From Proteromonas lacertae (taxonomy: Eukaryota): a stretch of 63,048 nt of DNA. A program made the position numbers and the translations under genes. Where the stretch lies: contig NGBS01000913.1 of the NCBI GenBank assembly GCA_002245135.1, positions 1-63,048 of the forward strand, read 5' to 3'. Numbering within the stretch: position 1 is the first letter of the stretch; every line of letters begins with the position of its first letter. Below, in pieces: positions 1-11,479 of this stretch. Below the pieces are notes generated by a model. That model did not search any database. It had not been told where the DNA came from and saw only the letters and a program-made list of their open reading frames with translations.

Positions 1-86
1 TATATATATATTATAACGATATATAAATTAAAGAATAATTCAAATAAAAATTATATTTTAATATTTCTCAACAATTATAAATCATA

Positions 87-1057
87 ATGCAACCTAAAGA
101 TAGTAATAATGTTATAAATAATAGAAGATCATTGTTCTTAACTACATCAGACTATGATTCAAAATTTTCAAATAGATGGACAAGATGTATTAATACTCCA
201 ACTATAACTGAAAAATATCAATATATGAGTTTAATTACTGCAGTTATTCCAAATAACTTCTATACAGTACAAGATGAAGTAAATGATCATATACTCTTTA
301 ATTTTACTTATTATAGCTGCATTAATCCAGATGAAACAAATCCAATAAAATGGGCATACCTGAAAACCAAAATGGACCTTATAATAAAACTATTGATATT
401 AAAATACCTCAAAGAAAATATACAGGAAAAGAATTATTAGATTATTTTGCTAGAAATCTCTTAAGTTTTACTTTTTATGCATTTGATAATGGAGTGGAAC
501 CATTACCTGATGAAGATTTTGCAAATAGATTTCCATTTCATAAAGTAGATGATCAAACAGATGTACTTCAATTTGAAAAAACTTCAGAAAATAGATTAAA
601 GTTACAATTTAATTATATTACTCATTTCGGAAAATATTACTTTACAGATTTTAGTATGGAATTCCCTAACTTAGCATATAAGTTATTTGGTTTAGATGAA
701 ATAAATAAAAGTATATCAATTTATCATGCAAATCATTTAAGTGATGCATATTTCAGTAAAGATTTTAATTATTATTCTAATTTGTTACCAAATCAGCCTT
801 CTTTACTATGGGTGTCATTCATACAAATTAGATGTGACTGGGTTAATAGTGGTGAGAATTCAATGGTTTTAGCAAATATACCTGTAACTGATATAAATGC
901 AGATTATACTACATTCACTAATCCACAAATTGAATGGACAACTAAAAAGATGCAATATCACGAATATCAACGAATGAATATATCAGTCTCTCAACAAGAT
1001 GGTTATGCAATTGATTTAAATAACTTACCTATTTATTTTGAGATTATTTTGTATTAA
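87..1057 (+). CDS. Minor capsid protein (penton, single jelly-roll), split by a -1 frameshift between 335 and 440
   Basis: ORF 87-440 has AVIPNNFYTV; ORF 350-1057 has IKIPQRKYTGKEL and C-terminal IQIRCDWV..VLANIPV..MNISVSQQDGYAIDLNNLPIYFEI, the pattern of Polinton/PLV pentons; second frame open from 335. Confidence 0.75.
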
Positions 1058-1111
1058 TAAATTTCTTGCTATTTTTAAGCATTTTTTGATTTTTAAAAAA
1101 TAACATAAAAT

Positions 1112-2530
1112 ATGTCAATCACTGCTGTACCTAATTCACAAAAACATGAAAGCATTGTGCCAGCTTATATACCTGTCTACAATCATATTTTAGTTACACC
1201 TAACCAAAGCAGAAATGAGACTGTTTTATCTTTAAATTCAAACAGTGATGCTATTACATTTGAAATATCTGGTGATAATTGTGTTAATCTATCTAAAAGT
1301 TACTTTGAATTTGAATTAGATTATACTACAGGTCAAAAAAGAGATCATGCAGATGCAGGTAAAGGACAATGGAAATTACCTATTACACCTGTAACTGATT
1401 CTACTACTGGTAAAATGTTAGATCATATAAATTTAAGGAATTCAATGAATTTTGGAACTATCAAAGTATACAATAAAACTGGAACACTTCTATGTGATTT
1501 AGATAGTAGTTATAATGAATATAGAGATTTAGCTCATCAAATTGCTAATCAGTATCCTTATGATATAAAAGATTATCATTATTATGAATATTTATTTGAT
1601 GGCTTACGCATTAGAAATAATAAAATAGCTGAAACAACTATATGTAATTCTAATTCTACTTTAAATGCAAATGGAGGTGTTTGGAATTATTGGGAAGAAA
1701 TGGGAACAACAGAAGATATATTACATGGAAAACTATACTGTAGATTTCATTTTGCAGATTTCTATAATACCATATTAGCTTTGAAGAATGATATTTATTT
1801 TGGTGAAGTCATTTATATTCAATTCACATTTGCTCCTATAATGAATTGGATTCATCATAGCAATGGTTCTGTTTGGATTAATTCATGGCAACAGCATGTA
1901 GGAATGAAAATTATTAATCCTAGACTTTACATTTGTTACAATAAAGATCCAACATGTAATGCTAATACCATTAATTATTCAACTCATCATCCTATTGACT
2001 TTACTGACTTTAATATAGTTCAAATCACTAAAGATCCAATTCCAGGTAGTAATACTTTTAACTATAACTTCAGTATTAATAGTAGCATAGGAAGTTATGT
2101 TAAATATATATTATACAGAGCATATTATAATGATGCATATAATAGAGATACTATTCCTTTTGATCAAGATCAAGATAGAATAAGATGGCAAATTAATGAT
2201 TTCGTTTATACACCTGATTATTTATATCCTGCAAAATATCAGACATGGGAATATATGAGAAATATTATTCAAAATACAATATTTGATAAATGTAATACAT
2301 TATCATTTCCCAATTCATTTTTTGATGTTCTAAATTTCAGTACTGATCGATTAACTGAATTAAAATTAAGAGCTGGTAAAGACTTAGCAAGTGATTTAAA
2401 AATTACTTTGGATTGCTCAAATCAACGATTTGATGCTAATCATAATCCATATACAATTCATCATAAGTTCTACATAATTACTGGTAAACAATTGATTATT
2501 GGACCAAGAGGTGTTGAAAAGGTAGTATAA
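1112..2530 (+). CDS. Major capsid protein (putative double jelly-roll), 472 aa
   Basis: Size, beta-rich composition, N-terminal ITFEI..VNLSKSYFEFEL motif typical of PLV/Polinton MCPs, position between penton and ATPase. Confidence 0.75.
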   Translation: MSITAVPNSQKHESIVPAYIPVYNHILVTPNQSRNETVLSLNSNSDAITFEISGDNCVNLSKSYFEFELDYTTGQKRDHADAGKGQWKLPITPVTDSTTGKMLDHINLRNSMNFGTIKVYNKTGTLLCDLDSSYNEYRDLAHQIANQYPYDIKDYHYYEYLFDGLRIRNNKIAETTICNSNSTLNANGGVWNYWEEMGTTEDILHGKLYCRFHFADFYNTILALKNDIYFGEVIYIQFTFAPIMNWIHHSNGSVWINSWQQHVGMKIINPRLYICYNKDPTCNANTINYSTHHPIDFTDFNIVQITKDPIPGSNTFNYNFSINSSIGSYVKYILYRAYYNDAYNRDTIPFDQDQDRIRWQINDFVYTPDYLYPAKYQTWEYMRNIIQNTIFDKCNTLSFPNSFFDVLNFSTDRLTELKLRAGKDLASDLKITLDCSNQRFDANHNPYTIHHKFYIITGKQLIIGPRGVEKVV

Positions 2531-2600
2531 GTAATAATACTTTATTATTGACTTCTATTTTTATTTTTTGATTTCTCACTACATAATATATACACACACT

Positions 2601-3361
2601 ATGTTTAAATTTGAAAAAATAAATAATATACAAATTGAACCTGTTGATGGTGGTGAGTCTTTTGATCCTAAGAAAATTCTGGGATATGATTACTTTAATG
2701 AGCCTTTCTGCAATATATTTATTGTAGCTCGTAAGAACAGTGGGAAAACTACTTTGATATACAATATATTAAGACATATTATAGATCCAAAATATAAGAA
2801 AAACAACATGTACATTTTTTCGTAGGTACAATTAAACAAGATAGGATATATGATTCAATTAAAGAGTTATTAGATTATAATGAAATTAGTTATGATGAAA
2901 ACGATTCATTATTTGAACCTTATTCAGGAGATAATTTAGTAGAGAAGTTAATGAAATCAATTGATGATACAAACAAAGATAATTTTGAGTATGCAGAACA
3001 TATTATAATATTTGATGATCTTAGTTTAGAGTTGAAAACAGCTAATATCATACCAGTATTAATGAAAGAAAATAGACATTTAAAATCAAAAATTATAATT
3101 AGTAGTCAATATATTACTGATATAGTACCTTCAGCAAGATCACAAGTAGATTATTGTTTAACATTTTATGGATTGAGTAACAGAAATTTGTTTGACTTAT
3201 ACAACTCATTGAATATATGGATACCTGAATATGAAACATTTAAAGAGTTATATTTAGCTGTTACTAAGCCACAATATAACTTCTTATATATTGATAATGT
3301 TAAAAAAGTGTTTAGAGCTAACTTTAATATTTTGATTGAAGATCATTCTGAAGTTTCTTGA
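2601..3361 (+). CDS. A32/FtsK-HerA family DNA packaging ATPase, split by a frameshift at the T6 run 2815-2820
   Basis: Walker A IVARKNSGKTT, Walker B IIIFDD, ENRHLKSKIIISSQY and ARSQVDY motifs; downstream frame is open across the junction (FVGTIKQD..EKLMKS). Confidence 0.88.
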
Positions 3362-3405
3362 TGTTTTTATTAATTTTGTTATTTTATTGTTTATTAATTC
3401 AAAAA

Positions 3406-4191
3406 ATGTTTATTGGGGAACGAAATACTTCAGATATAAATATTGATACAGATAAGCTTGCTAAAGATATAGCTGACAAAATAAATATACAACCTACTGA
3501 TCCTGATACTATTGTTAAACCTATTAATAATCATACTGATACTCAAATAAATAATATTATTACACCTGTTAATGATATCAAAACTACTACAAATACTATA
3601 TATGGTAAATGTCAAGAAATATATAATGTTGTAAATAATAGCTCTGGAGGTAGTACTACAATAGTTAATAATTCTGTATCACCTAAATTATTGCATACTG
3701 AATATACATATTGGTCAGTTAATTTCTATATATTTCAAGATGGTTCCATCAATCAATATGAATCTACTGTAAAAGTACCTATAAAAATTCAAATGTTTGA
3801 ACATTTTATGAGAATCAAGATATACAATGGCCTTGTTTTAAAAAATCATGATGATGGTTATGGATTTATATTATATCTAGATGACAATCATGTTATTAAA
3901 GCTGAACCAGGTAAAGAAGATTTATTGCAACAATATTATAACAAATTATTAGAAACATACTTTGTAGATGGTAGTAATGGAATATACTTCCCTATACAAG
4001 GTGTAATAAATGAAACTTCACAACCTGCAATTAATGATTATGGATGTTTTTGGCCTATATTAAGAAATAATAATAATAAATGTAATCTTTATATAGAACG
4101 AAAAGGTCTTGATGCATATTCATATCAAGCATTCCCACCTCAAGTTATTATAACAGAGTGGATGGATACAGGTGTTACAGAACCATTTTAA
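3406..4191 (+). CDS. Viral hypothetical protein, possibly fibre/spike
   Basis: ATG at 3406; N/T/I-rich repetitive N-terminus, SSGGS linker, aromatic beta-rich C-terminal domain; follows the morphogenesis genes. Confidence 0.5.
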   Translation: MFIGERNTSDINIDTDKLAKDIADKINIQPTDPDTIVKPINNHTDTQINNIITPVNDIKTTTNTIYGKCQEIYNVVNNSSGGSTTIVNNSVSPKLLHTEYTYWSVNFYIFQDGSINQYESTVKVPIKIQMFEHFMRIKIYNGLVLKNHDDGYGFILYLDDNHVIKAEPGKEDLLQQYYNKLLETYFVDGSNGIYFPIQGVINETSQPAINDYGCFWPILRNNNNKCNLYIERKGLDAYSYQAFPPQVIITEWMDTGVTEPF

Positions 4192-4326
4192 TCTTTATTA
4201 TGATTATTTTATTATGTTTATTATAAAATTTATTATATTTTTATTATATTATATGATTTTTATTAAATTACGCATATTTTTAAACCCTGTCCCAAATCAT
4301 TTTAAGATAAAGATTCGTTTTAAAAT

Positions 4327-4806
4327 TTAGAGTATGTTTATCGTAGTTTGATCATTGTTTCCTTTAACTTCTTCTTGTGCTTCTTCTTCCTCATCATCAT
4401 CACTATCATCAAATATATAATTCTTCTTTACATAATGTTTCAACATAGGATTCTTCTTCAAATGAACACTTCCCATTCCTTCAGGTAGTGTTAACCATTC
4501 AATATACTTATCAAACACTGCAAAATAATGTCTATTTAATCCTCTTGGTTTTACTGATGGTTTAATATCGAAAAGCATCATGTAATATCTCTTATCGCTA
4601 TACTTTGTCCACATCTTTTGATGACAAATAGCACAGAATTCATTATAAGACTTTATCTCTTCCTTAGGTAATGGACTATCTAAAACTGCACTTATATTAT
4701 GGTTAAAATATAAGTAAAACTTACATGTTCCACATATACACTTATCTAAATAATCTTCATTATTTCTAAATGAACAAAAGAAAGCAAAGTTTACTGAAGC
4801 ACACAT
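4327..4806 (-). CDS. Viral hypothetical Cys-rich protein with acidic tail
   Basis: Intron-less 159 aa ORF with CICGTC and CAICH motifs and DDSDDDEEEE tail. Confidence 0.55.
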   Translation of the reverse strand: MCASVNFAFFCSFRNNEDYLDKCICGTCKFYLYFNHNISAVLDSPLPKEEIKSYNEFCAICHQKMWTKYSDKRYYMMLFDIKPSVKPRGLNRHYFAVFDKYIEWLTLPEGMGSVHLKKNPMLKHYVKKNYIFDDSDDDEEEEAQEEVKGNNDQTTINIL

Positions 4807-5345
4807 ATTTTATATTTTTTTGATAAAAAACGGTTTTTTCAAAAATGCCAGGAAAATCAAAACTGTTTCTTTTTTCTGTTTATAACAACAGTTTCTCGTC
4901 AGAATTTCGATTTATTAAAAAATATAGAATACTGCAGATAATTCTTTAAATATATATTTTTGATACTATTTAAATTCTTTTGAATGTTTTTAACTACACT
5001 ATATAAATCCATTATTAATTTGATAAATGAAAAAAATAACTAAAAAAAAGTAAGAACGTATTCTGTAGCTTGGCCACCACACTATTTAATCACTAAGTCC
5101 TAGCTAGGCTACACAGGACACGCTACTTACTTACATAGAAATACATTTCTTATTATATAAAGTAGCTACCCTGCCGGGGTAGAACAGGTAGCTACCTTTC
5201 TATTTATACACTTTATTTCTACTATCCTACACTACAAACTATTAAAAACATAAAAATAAATTTTAACCCATAAATTTATTCACACACTAAAATATATACA
5301 CAATTTTAAATTCACCGCTTGCTCCAGTATAACCCGTACCAAAAA

Positions 5346-8300
5346 CTAATTCACACTCAAATCGCTTATTCTTACCTGTAGAAGGCACCTAAGAATAGTC
5401 TGGTACGGTTTACCCACATACAGTGATATTCTTACGGTTATACATATATCACAGTTATCATCAGCTATTATTTTATATTTCAATAATTCAAAATGATAAG
5501 TCCCTTTTATTAAATTTAGATTTAAAGAGAACAACTGAGAACTAAATACAGCTTTAGCAGTTACTATACATTATATAAGCATAATAATATATACATGTTC
5601 TTTTTTCTTGACCAAGAATACCTTCTTCACCAAAATACTCTCCAACAATACAATACTTGACTATTTTTTCATTTTCAGCTTCAATATTCTCAATCAGTGC
5701 TAATTTACCTTTAACAATGAAGTAAACATCAGTTGCATATTCACCTTCATGGTATAAAAAATCTTTATGAGATAAATATACAGGCTATAAAGGATAAAAA
5801 ACATCGAATATATATACATCTAAAATTGTCATCATATAAGCAACAAAACCAAAATCTTTTTCATCTTTAAATATCATTATTTTAGGAATATAATCTCTAT
5901 ATACATATAATACAATTTGAGTAGATAAATGCTCAGGTAATTCATTCAATAAACTATTCTCACCATATGGTGTTTTAATATGAAATAAGAATTGATAATG
6001 ATTAAATACTCTATCAACCATCCTTTGAGGTATTTTTCTATCATCTAAATAAGCAGCTATTTGATTCATTCTGACAGTATTTTTACCTCCACTTGATTGC
6101 ATTTGAGTTACTAAATCAGATACTCCTCCAATAATCCATGCAAATACAACTGATCCAATAATAACCAATATAATACTAACTATCCTTTCTATATCATTTC
6201 TGCCTGATAAATCACCATATCCTGTCGTTGTGATTGTTGAAAAACTCCAATATAATGATCCAATATATAAATCAGTTAAAGATGCATTGACGAAACTTGG
6301 AGTTATTGTCCATCTATCTGAATAAGACTCAAAAGTGGAGAAATAATAAAACACACATGCCGCACAATGAGCAATATAAAACACTTCAAATAATAAAGTA
6401 GTCATTCGATTGACATTTGGTGAAAATTCAAATTTGACTGTTATATTTGTATATAAACTATTCAATTTGAACAGACGGAGTAATGGTAAGATATAAAATA
6501 TCTTTAATCCTTTCCAATTCTTTGAATAAGGAGGTTTGAAAATACCTGTTGCAGGAAATATTAAATCTAATGGCAATATCGCTAATAAATCTATAAAGAA
6601 CCAACCTTCTAAATAATGTCTTAATATTAACTTTGGTTCTTTTATCAACACAGTTTTCTTATTATAATAAGCTGTTCTTGTTGATAAAAACATATCAAAT
6701 AAGAAAAATACATAACAAATAATCTTAATAACCAGCCAAGGAGTTGCAGCTTCAGTACCAAATGCTATTCGATAAGGGCATTCAATCAAATTTAAAAAAA
6801 TTAGAAGTAAAATAATGCAATTGTAATAAGCTCGTATTGTTGTATCTGGTAAGTAAACGTAAGGCGGAAGTTCTTCATCTTTTTCATAATCTTCAACATC
6901 TTCATTTAACATAGATAATAGATCAGCAACATTGTCTTTTATCTCAGTTTTTTCTTTTAATATTCTTACTACTTCTTCTTTAAATTCTCCTTCTAATTTC
7001 ATCTTAAATCCATTACAAAGTAAATAGTCACAGAATAATGCGTTCTTTCTCCTTGCAGCTAAATGATATGTTTCTGTTCTCTGTTCTTCTAAAACTGTTG
7101 GTGAATCAATAGTAACATTAAATACTGAACTTCTCTTCTGTTTTGGATTTAAGAATGGAGGTAATGTTTCTGAACGTCCTAATTGATTAGAATCATATCT
7201 AAATGACATTTTTGAAGTAGAAGTGGGTGTTGAATAACCTGATGATTTACAAGATAATAATTCCTGTCGAGTTATTACGGATTTCTTGGCTTTAACATTC
7301 TCTAAATATTTCATAAATGTTTTTATTTCGATTAATCGATCTGAAGCTGTTTTCATGAATTTTTTACAGAGAGTTGAATATTTCTTCATTAATCTAGCTA
7401 AATCATTCCTATAAATAATAATAATAATAATTTAATGATATAGTAAATATATATATACTTTGTAATAAACAACAAATCACATTTTGTAGCTGCACAGAAT
7501 GAACAAGGACTTGGAATATCCAAAACAGTGGAAATATCACCAAAATAATGTCCAGCGAAATAAATACCACAAGTAAATGGAGAATTTTGATAATCAACAA
7601 ACATTTCAGTTTCCCCTTTTTGTATAAAGTATATTTCTCGACCAATCCAACCATCATGTGATATTAAATCACCTTGATCGTGGAACATAGGTCGTAAACA
7701 TAATAATAACTCAGTTATTGTTGTTCTAGTTTCTTTTATGAATATTGGACAGTAAGAGGCAAAATCGTAGAATTGTTCTGATACAATTTGATTGGTTATA
7801 TTATCTGATAAATCTGATAATACAAATTCTTCATCAAATACAGATTTGTGTCTATAAAAATACTTATAATATTTCAATATTTTATTAGTTAATGCATGTG
7901 ATAAACCTCTATCTCGACAATATTGCTTTACTTTAATAATCTTCTTATCTGATACTATTTTCTTAATTGAAGGATCATTATAAATCGAACCAATATCACC
8001 TACTAGATAACCATAAGTAACAGCACCACAAGTTTGTGTGAGTATACACACTAATCTTTCATATGAATTATTACCTGATAAATCACCATATCCAACTGTA
8101 GCTATAGTAACAATTGACCAATATAATGATGAAATATATTGAGTGAACTTAGATGAATCTTGAATACCTAATATATACAGCCAAGACTCGTGTGGTTTAG
8201 AAACTATATAATTAATAATAATAACATATATATATATATACTATATCTACCACAATAATACCAAGTACATGAAAACAAATGAGCTATAACTAAAACAACA

Positions 8301-9691
8301 ACAAACAATTTTGTGAGTGAAAACATACGAGGATTAATTCTTAGTTTCTGCCTAATCCAATCTGTATGATTGAATACTTCAAAGGCTCTTAGTAATCTTA
8401 ATAATTGTAATAATCTGAAATGCATTGTAACAGTGGTGAAACACGGATCGAATGGGAAAATACTTATAAAATCAACAATAAACCAAGAACTATGAGAATA
8501 TTATTAATATTTCATATACTGTATGTAATTATGTACAATTGTCTTAATATTTGTATCTAATACGTTTCTATCATATGCATCAGAATGAGCAGTTATAAAA
8601 TTCAATAATAAGTACAATTAGTATTAAAGAAATATATATATATATATATGAATATATAAGAATGATATATCAACCCAATAGGTTATATCCAATATAATCT
8701 TAAATGCTAAACACCATCCTGTATAATTCAAATGAAAACCAACAATAATAGGAATAAATATAGTAGCAAGACTATTACATAAATAATAATAATTTATACA
8801 CGATCATAATACTATTAAATCCTTTCCATAATTTCATAACCGTACATCTTGGATCTATAATATAAGTATTAGTAACAAAGAATTGAATATCAATGTTATC
8901 TTCATTAGCAGTGTTTTTCTCTGATATTGTGTCTGATATCTTATTTTTACCGGATTTATAACCTCTTTCTAACATTTGAATTCTGATAAACTCGTTATTT
9001 ACCATTATCTCCTGTTTTTTGAAACAAGTTTCATAAGGTGGAGGTATAATCTCTGGATTCTCGTTTAAATCATTGTTTTGAACTTTTCGAGTATTTCTTA
9101 AGGTAGAATAAAGAAAATCTGAAGCATCCAAATCTCTAATGAAAATAATCAATGTAAATATATATATACAAAGTTTTCAATGGTTTAGGACTATCCGATG
9201 AATTGTCTTCTTCACTTATGGGAGATGAATTGTTATGTTTTTCAGTAGATATCTGAGGAGGTAATGCAGCTTCAGGCAATGTACTATATTTAATAGTTTG
9301 AATAAAATTTATACAAATCTGATGTAGAGGATGGTTTTCGTAGAATATCTGGAGGTCTTCTGGTTAATGTCTAATTGGTTAAGAAAAAAATACATACATT
9401 AAGACGAAGCATAGGTGGCGTTGAAATAGTCGAACTAGAAGGAGTTATCTCTCGCTTTGTTTCCGTTACTACAGATATATTGTCGGAAGGTGTTTTAGCA
9501 CGAGTTTCACTGTAATTTTATCAGAAAAAAATATACTGTGTCTCTGGGAATGTTAATGGAGGCATTTCTAAAGTTTGATGGTGATGATGGTGATGCGTTG
9601 TTCTGGTTGATGACAATTCATTCTAAAATATATTAAATATATATACTTGCAGCAACGGTGGAGTTTTATAACCATTCCGACCTTCTGACAT
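5346..9691 (-). CDS. Multi-exon cyclic-nucleotide-binding K+ channel (KCNH/HCN/CNG-like) with two tandem 6TM-pore-CNBD repeats; 3' end uncertain
   Basis: Two pore motifs TIATVGYGD (about 8085-8110) and TITTTGYGD (about 6212-6238), two S4 segments (LLRLLRAF, LLRLFKL), two CNBDs (GHYFGD, GEYFGEE); ATG at 9691; short GT-AG introns. Confidence 0.88.
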
Positions 9692-9710
9692 CTAAAATCA
9701 AAAAAGATGA

Positions 9711-9809
9711 AAATGAAAAAAGAAATTTGGCTGTTATTTCTTTGTTAATGCGACAAGAAAATACAAACATTTTGGAGATTATTTTGACTGTCGCTTCAGA
9801 AGAGAAAGA
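9711..9809 (+). repeat. About 100-bp dispersed direct repeat, copy 1
   Basis: aaaatgaaaaaagaaatttggct...gaaagat matches 20227-20328 with about ten differences. Confidence 0.85.
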
Positions 9810-10242
9810 TTGTGAATCATTATTACCAGGTAAATACATTTATTTTGAATGTTAACTTGATTACATCTTTTGTAATAAATTATCATTGATCACTATCAAT
9901 CTGATGAGTTTTAATGGCATTGCCATTAGCTGAATAACAATAGTACTCTTTTCCACATGCTTTACAGATGCAAATTATAAAGTCTTCAATTTTCACATAT
10001 GCTTTATGATGAAAATAATAAAAAATATTTTAGATAAAAAACTTTAAATATCAGAATATAAGATTAATACAAAGTAGTTCAAATCACTAAATAAGGGTAT
10101 ATCCATAAGTATAAATGATTGATATTGTCAACTTTTAATACACGTTTATTTTAATACATATGTATTTTTCTAATATTCTTGTTTCTAATTTATTATTTTT
10201 ATAAAATTCTGTTATATTTTTGCATGCTAATTTTGGTAACTC

Positions 10243-10306
10243 CCTCATCGTAACTATTGGTTTATGAAAAATTTCCAGTTGGTTTGACCAACTAGTTACG
10301 ATGAGG
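10243..10306. repeat. Short hairpin/inverted repeat
   Basis: cctcatcgtaacta(t)tggt ... accaactagttacgatgagg, about 19-bp arms with one indel. Confidence 0.8.
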
Positions 10307-10558
10307 CTTGAATTTCTAATTTATAACTATCTTCACTATTAATACTTTTATCTACTTCAAATATAATCGGAAGTTGATTTTCTAACATGTCCTATAATTT
10401 TCACTAAGTTTATACGATTCTCAAAAATAAAGTCGTTTCTATTTCTTTATTCTCATACAGAAGTCTAACTTAATAGCAACTGATAACATAATGATAATTA
10501 GCTCATATAATTAAGAATAGAAATTCAAAAAATTCAAAAATTAATGTAAATATTGCTT

Positions 10559-11180
10559 TGTTGTTCCCCGTATGGCGGAAATCTATATTGCAGAATGATT
10601 CAATCAAAACTAATATGATATTCATGATGTTCGGAGTTAGTTATTAACAAATATATAGTTAGTTTGTCATATGACCTACATCTGTGATATACTTTTTTAT
10701 GAACTTCACTATTATCAATATTAAACTAATTTTTGTATATTTTCTATTATAATGTATCAGTCACTACTACAGTCTAAAATACATTATCTGATATGAATAG
10801 AATACAATAATTTTAATGTTAAGGTAGTAAAAAAGGAAATTAAAGAGCAGGCTTGAGCGAGGCTTGAACTTATTTTTTCTTTTTTCTTTTTTAACCTCCT
10901 TAACATTAAAAATAGTGAATTCTATTCATATCAGATAATGTATTTTAGACTGTAGTAGTGACTGATACATTATAATAGAAAATATACAAAAATTAGTTTA
11001 ATATTGATAATAATGAAGTTCATAAATAAGTATATCACAGATGTAGGTCATATGACAAACTAACTATATATTTGTTAATAACTAACTCCGAACATCATGA
11101 ATATCATATTAGTTTTGATTGAATCATTCTGCAATATAGATTTCCGCCATACGGGGATTTCCGCCATACGGGGAACAACA
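10559..11180. mobile_element. Non-autonomous fold-back element (MITE-like), TGTTG..CAACA ends, about 265-bp TIRs, 6-bp TSD TTGCTT
   Basis: 10559-10824 is the near-perfect reverse complement of 10898-11180; ttgctt at 10553-10558 and 11181-11186; right arm has a tandem duplication of atttccgccatacgggg. Confidence 0.88.
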
Positions 11181-11479
11181 TTGCTTGATGTAACTTGATT
11201 CTCTTTATAATTTTTATTTTTCTCTACATAAATGAAACACTCACTTTGAATGATCTTTTGTCGTGTATATTTGTAAGTAATAATTCAATTACCTATTTGA
11301 ATTAACGTATATGCAATTTTTATTCAGGGATAATTTAGCCTTTATCTTAAATATCAAATTGGAAAGTAATAACATCTTCCGAAGTTTATCTTTCTCTTTG
11401 GCGAAGTAAATTTTGGAAATTTTACATTTCTTTTATACATTAAACATATTTGTTGTACTATTATTAGGAAAAGTTCTAT

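Larger units (their letters stand above)
1..5410. mobile_element. Endogenous Polinton-like virus (double jelly-roll capsid lineage), right part; left part outside window, right boundary approximate
   Basis: Tightly packed intron-less ORFs encoding penton-like, MCP-sized and A32-like ATPase proteins in an otherwise intron-rich genome; dyad-rich non-coding region at about 5060-5410. Confidence 0.82.

Noticed and set aside
2811..2825. Programmed -1 frameshift in the viral ATPase
   Set aside because: No in-frame canonical slippery heptamer, and a similar indel occurs in host RPT2; error or mutation is simpler
5060..5200. Hammerhead-type ribozyme
   Set aside because: No CTGANGA/GAAA core in a suitable arrangement on either strand
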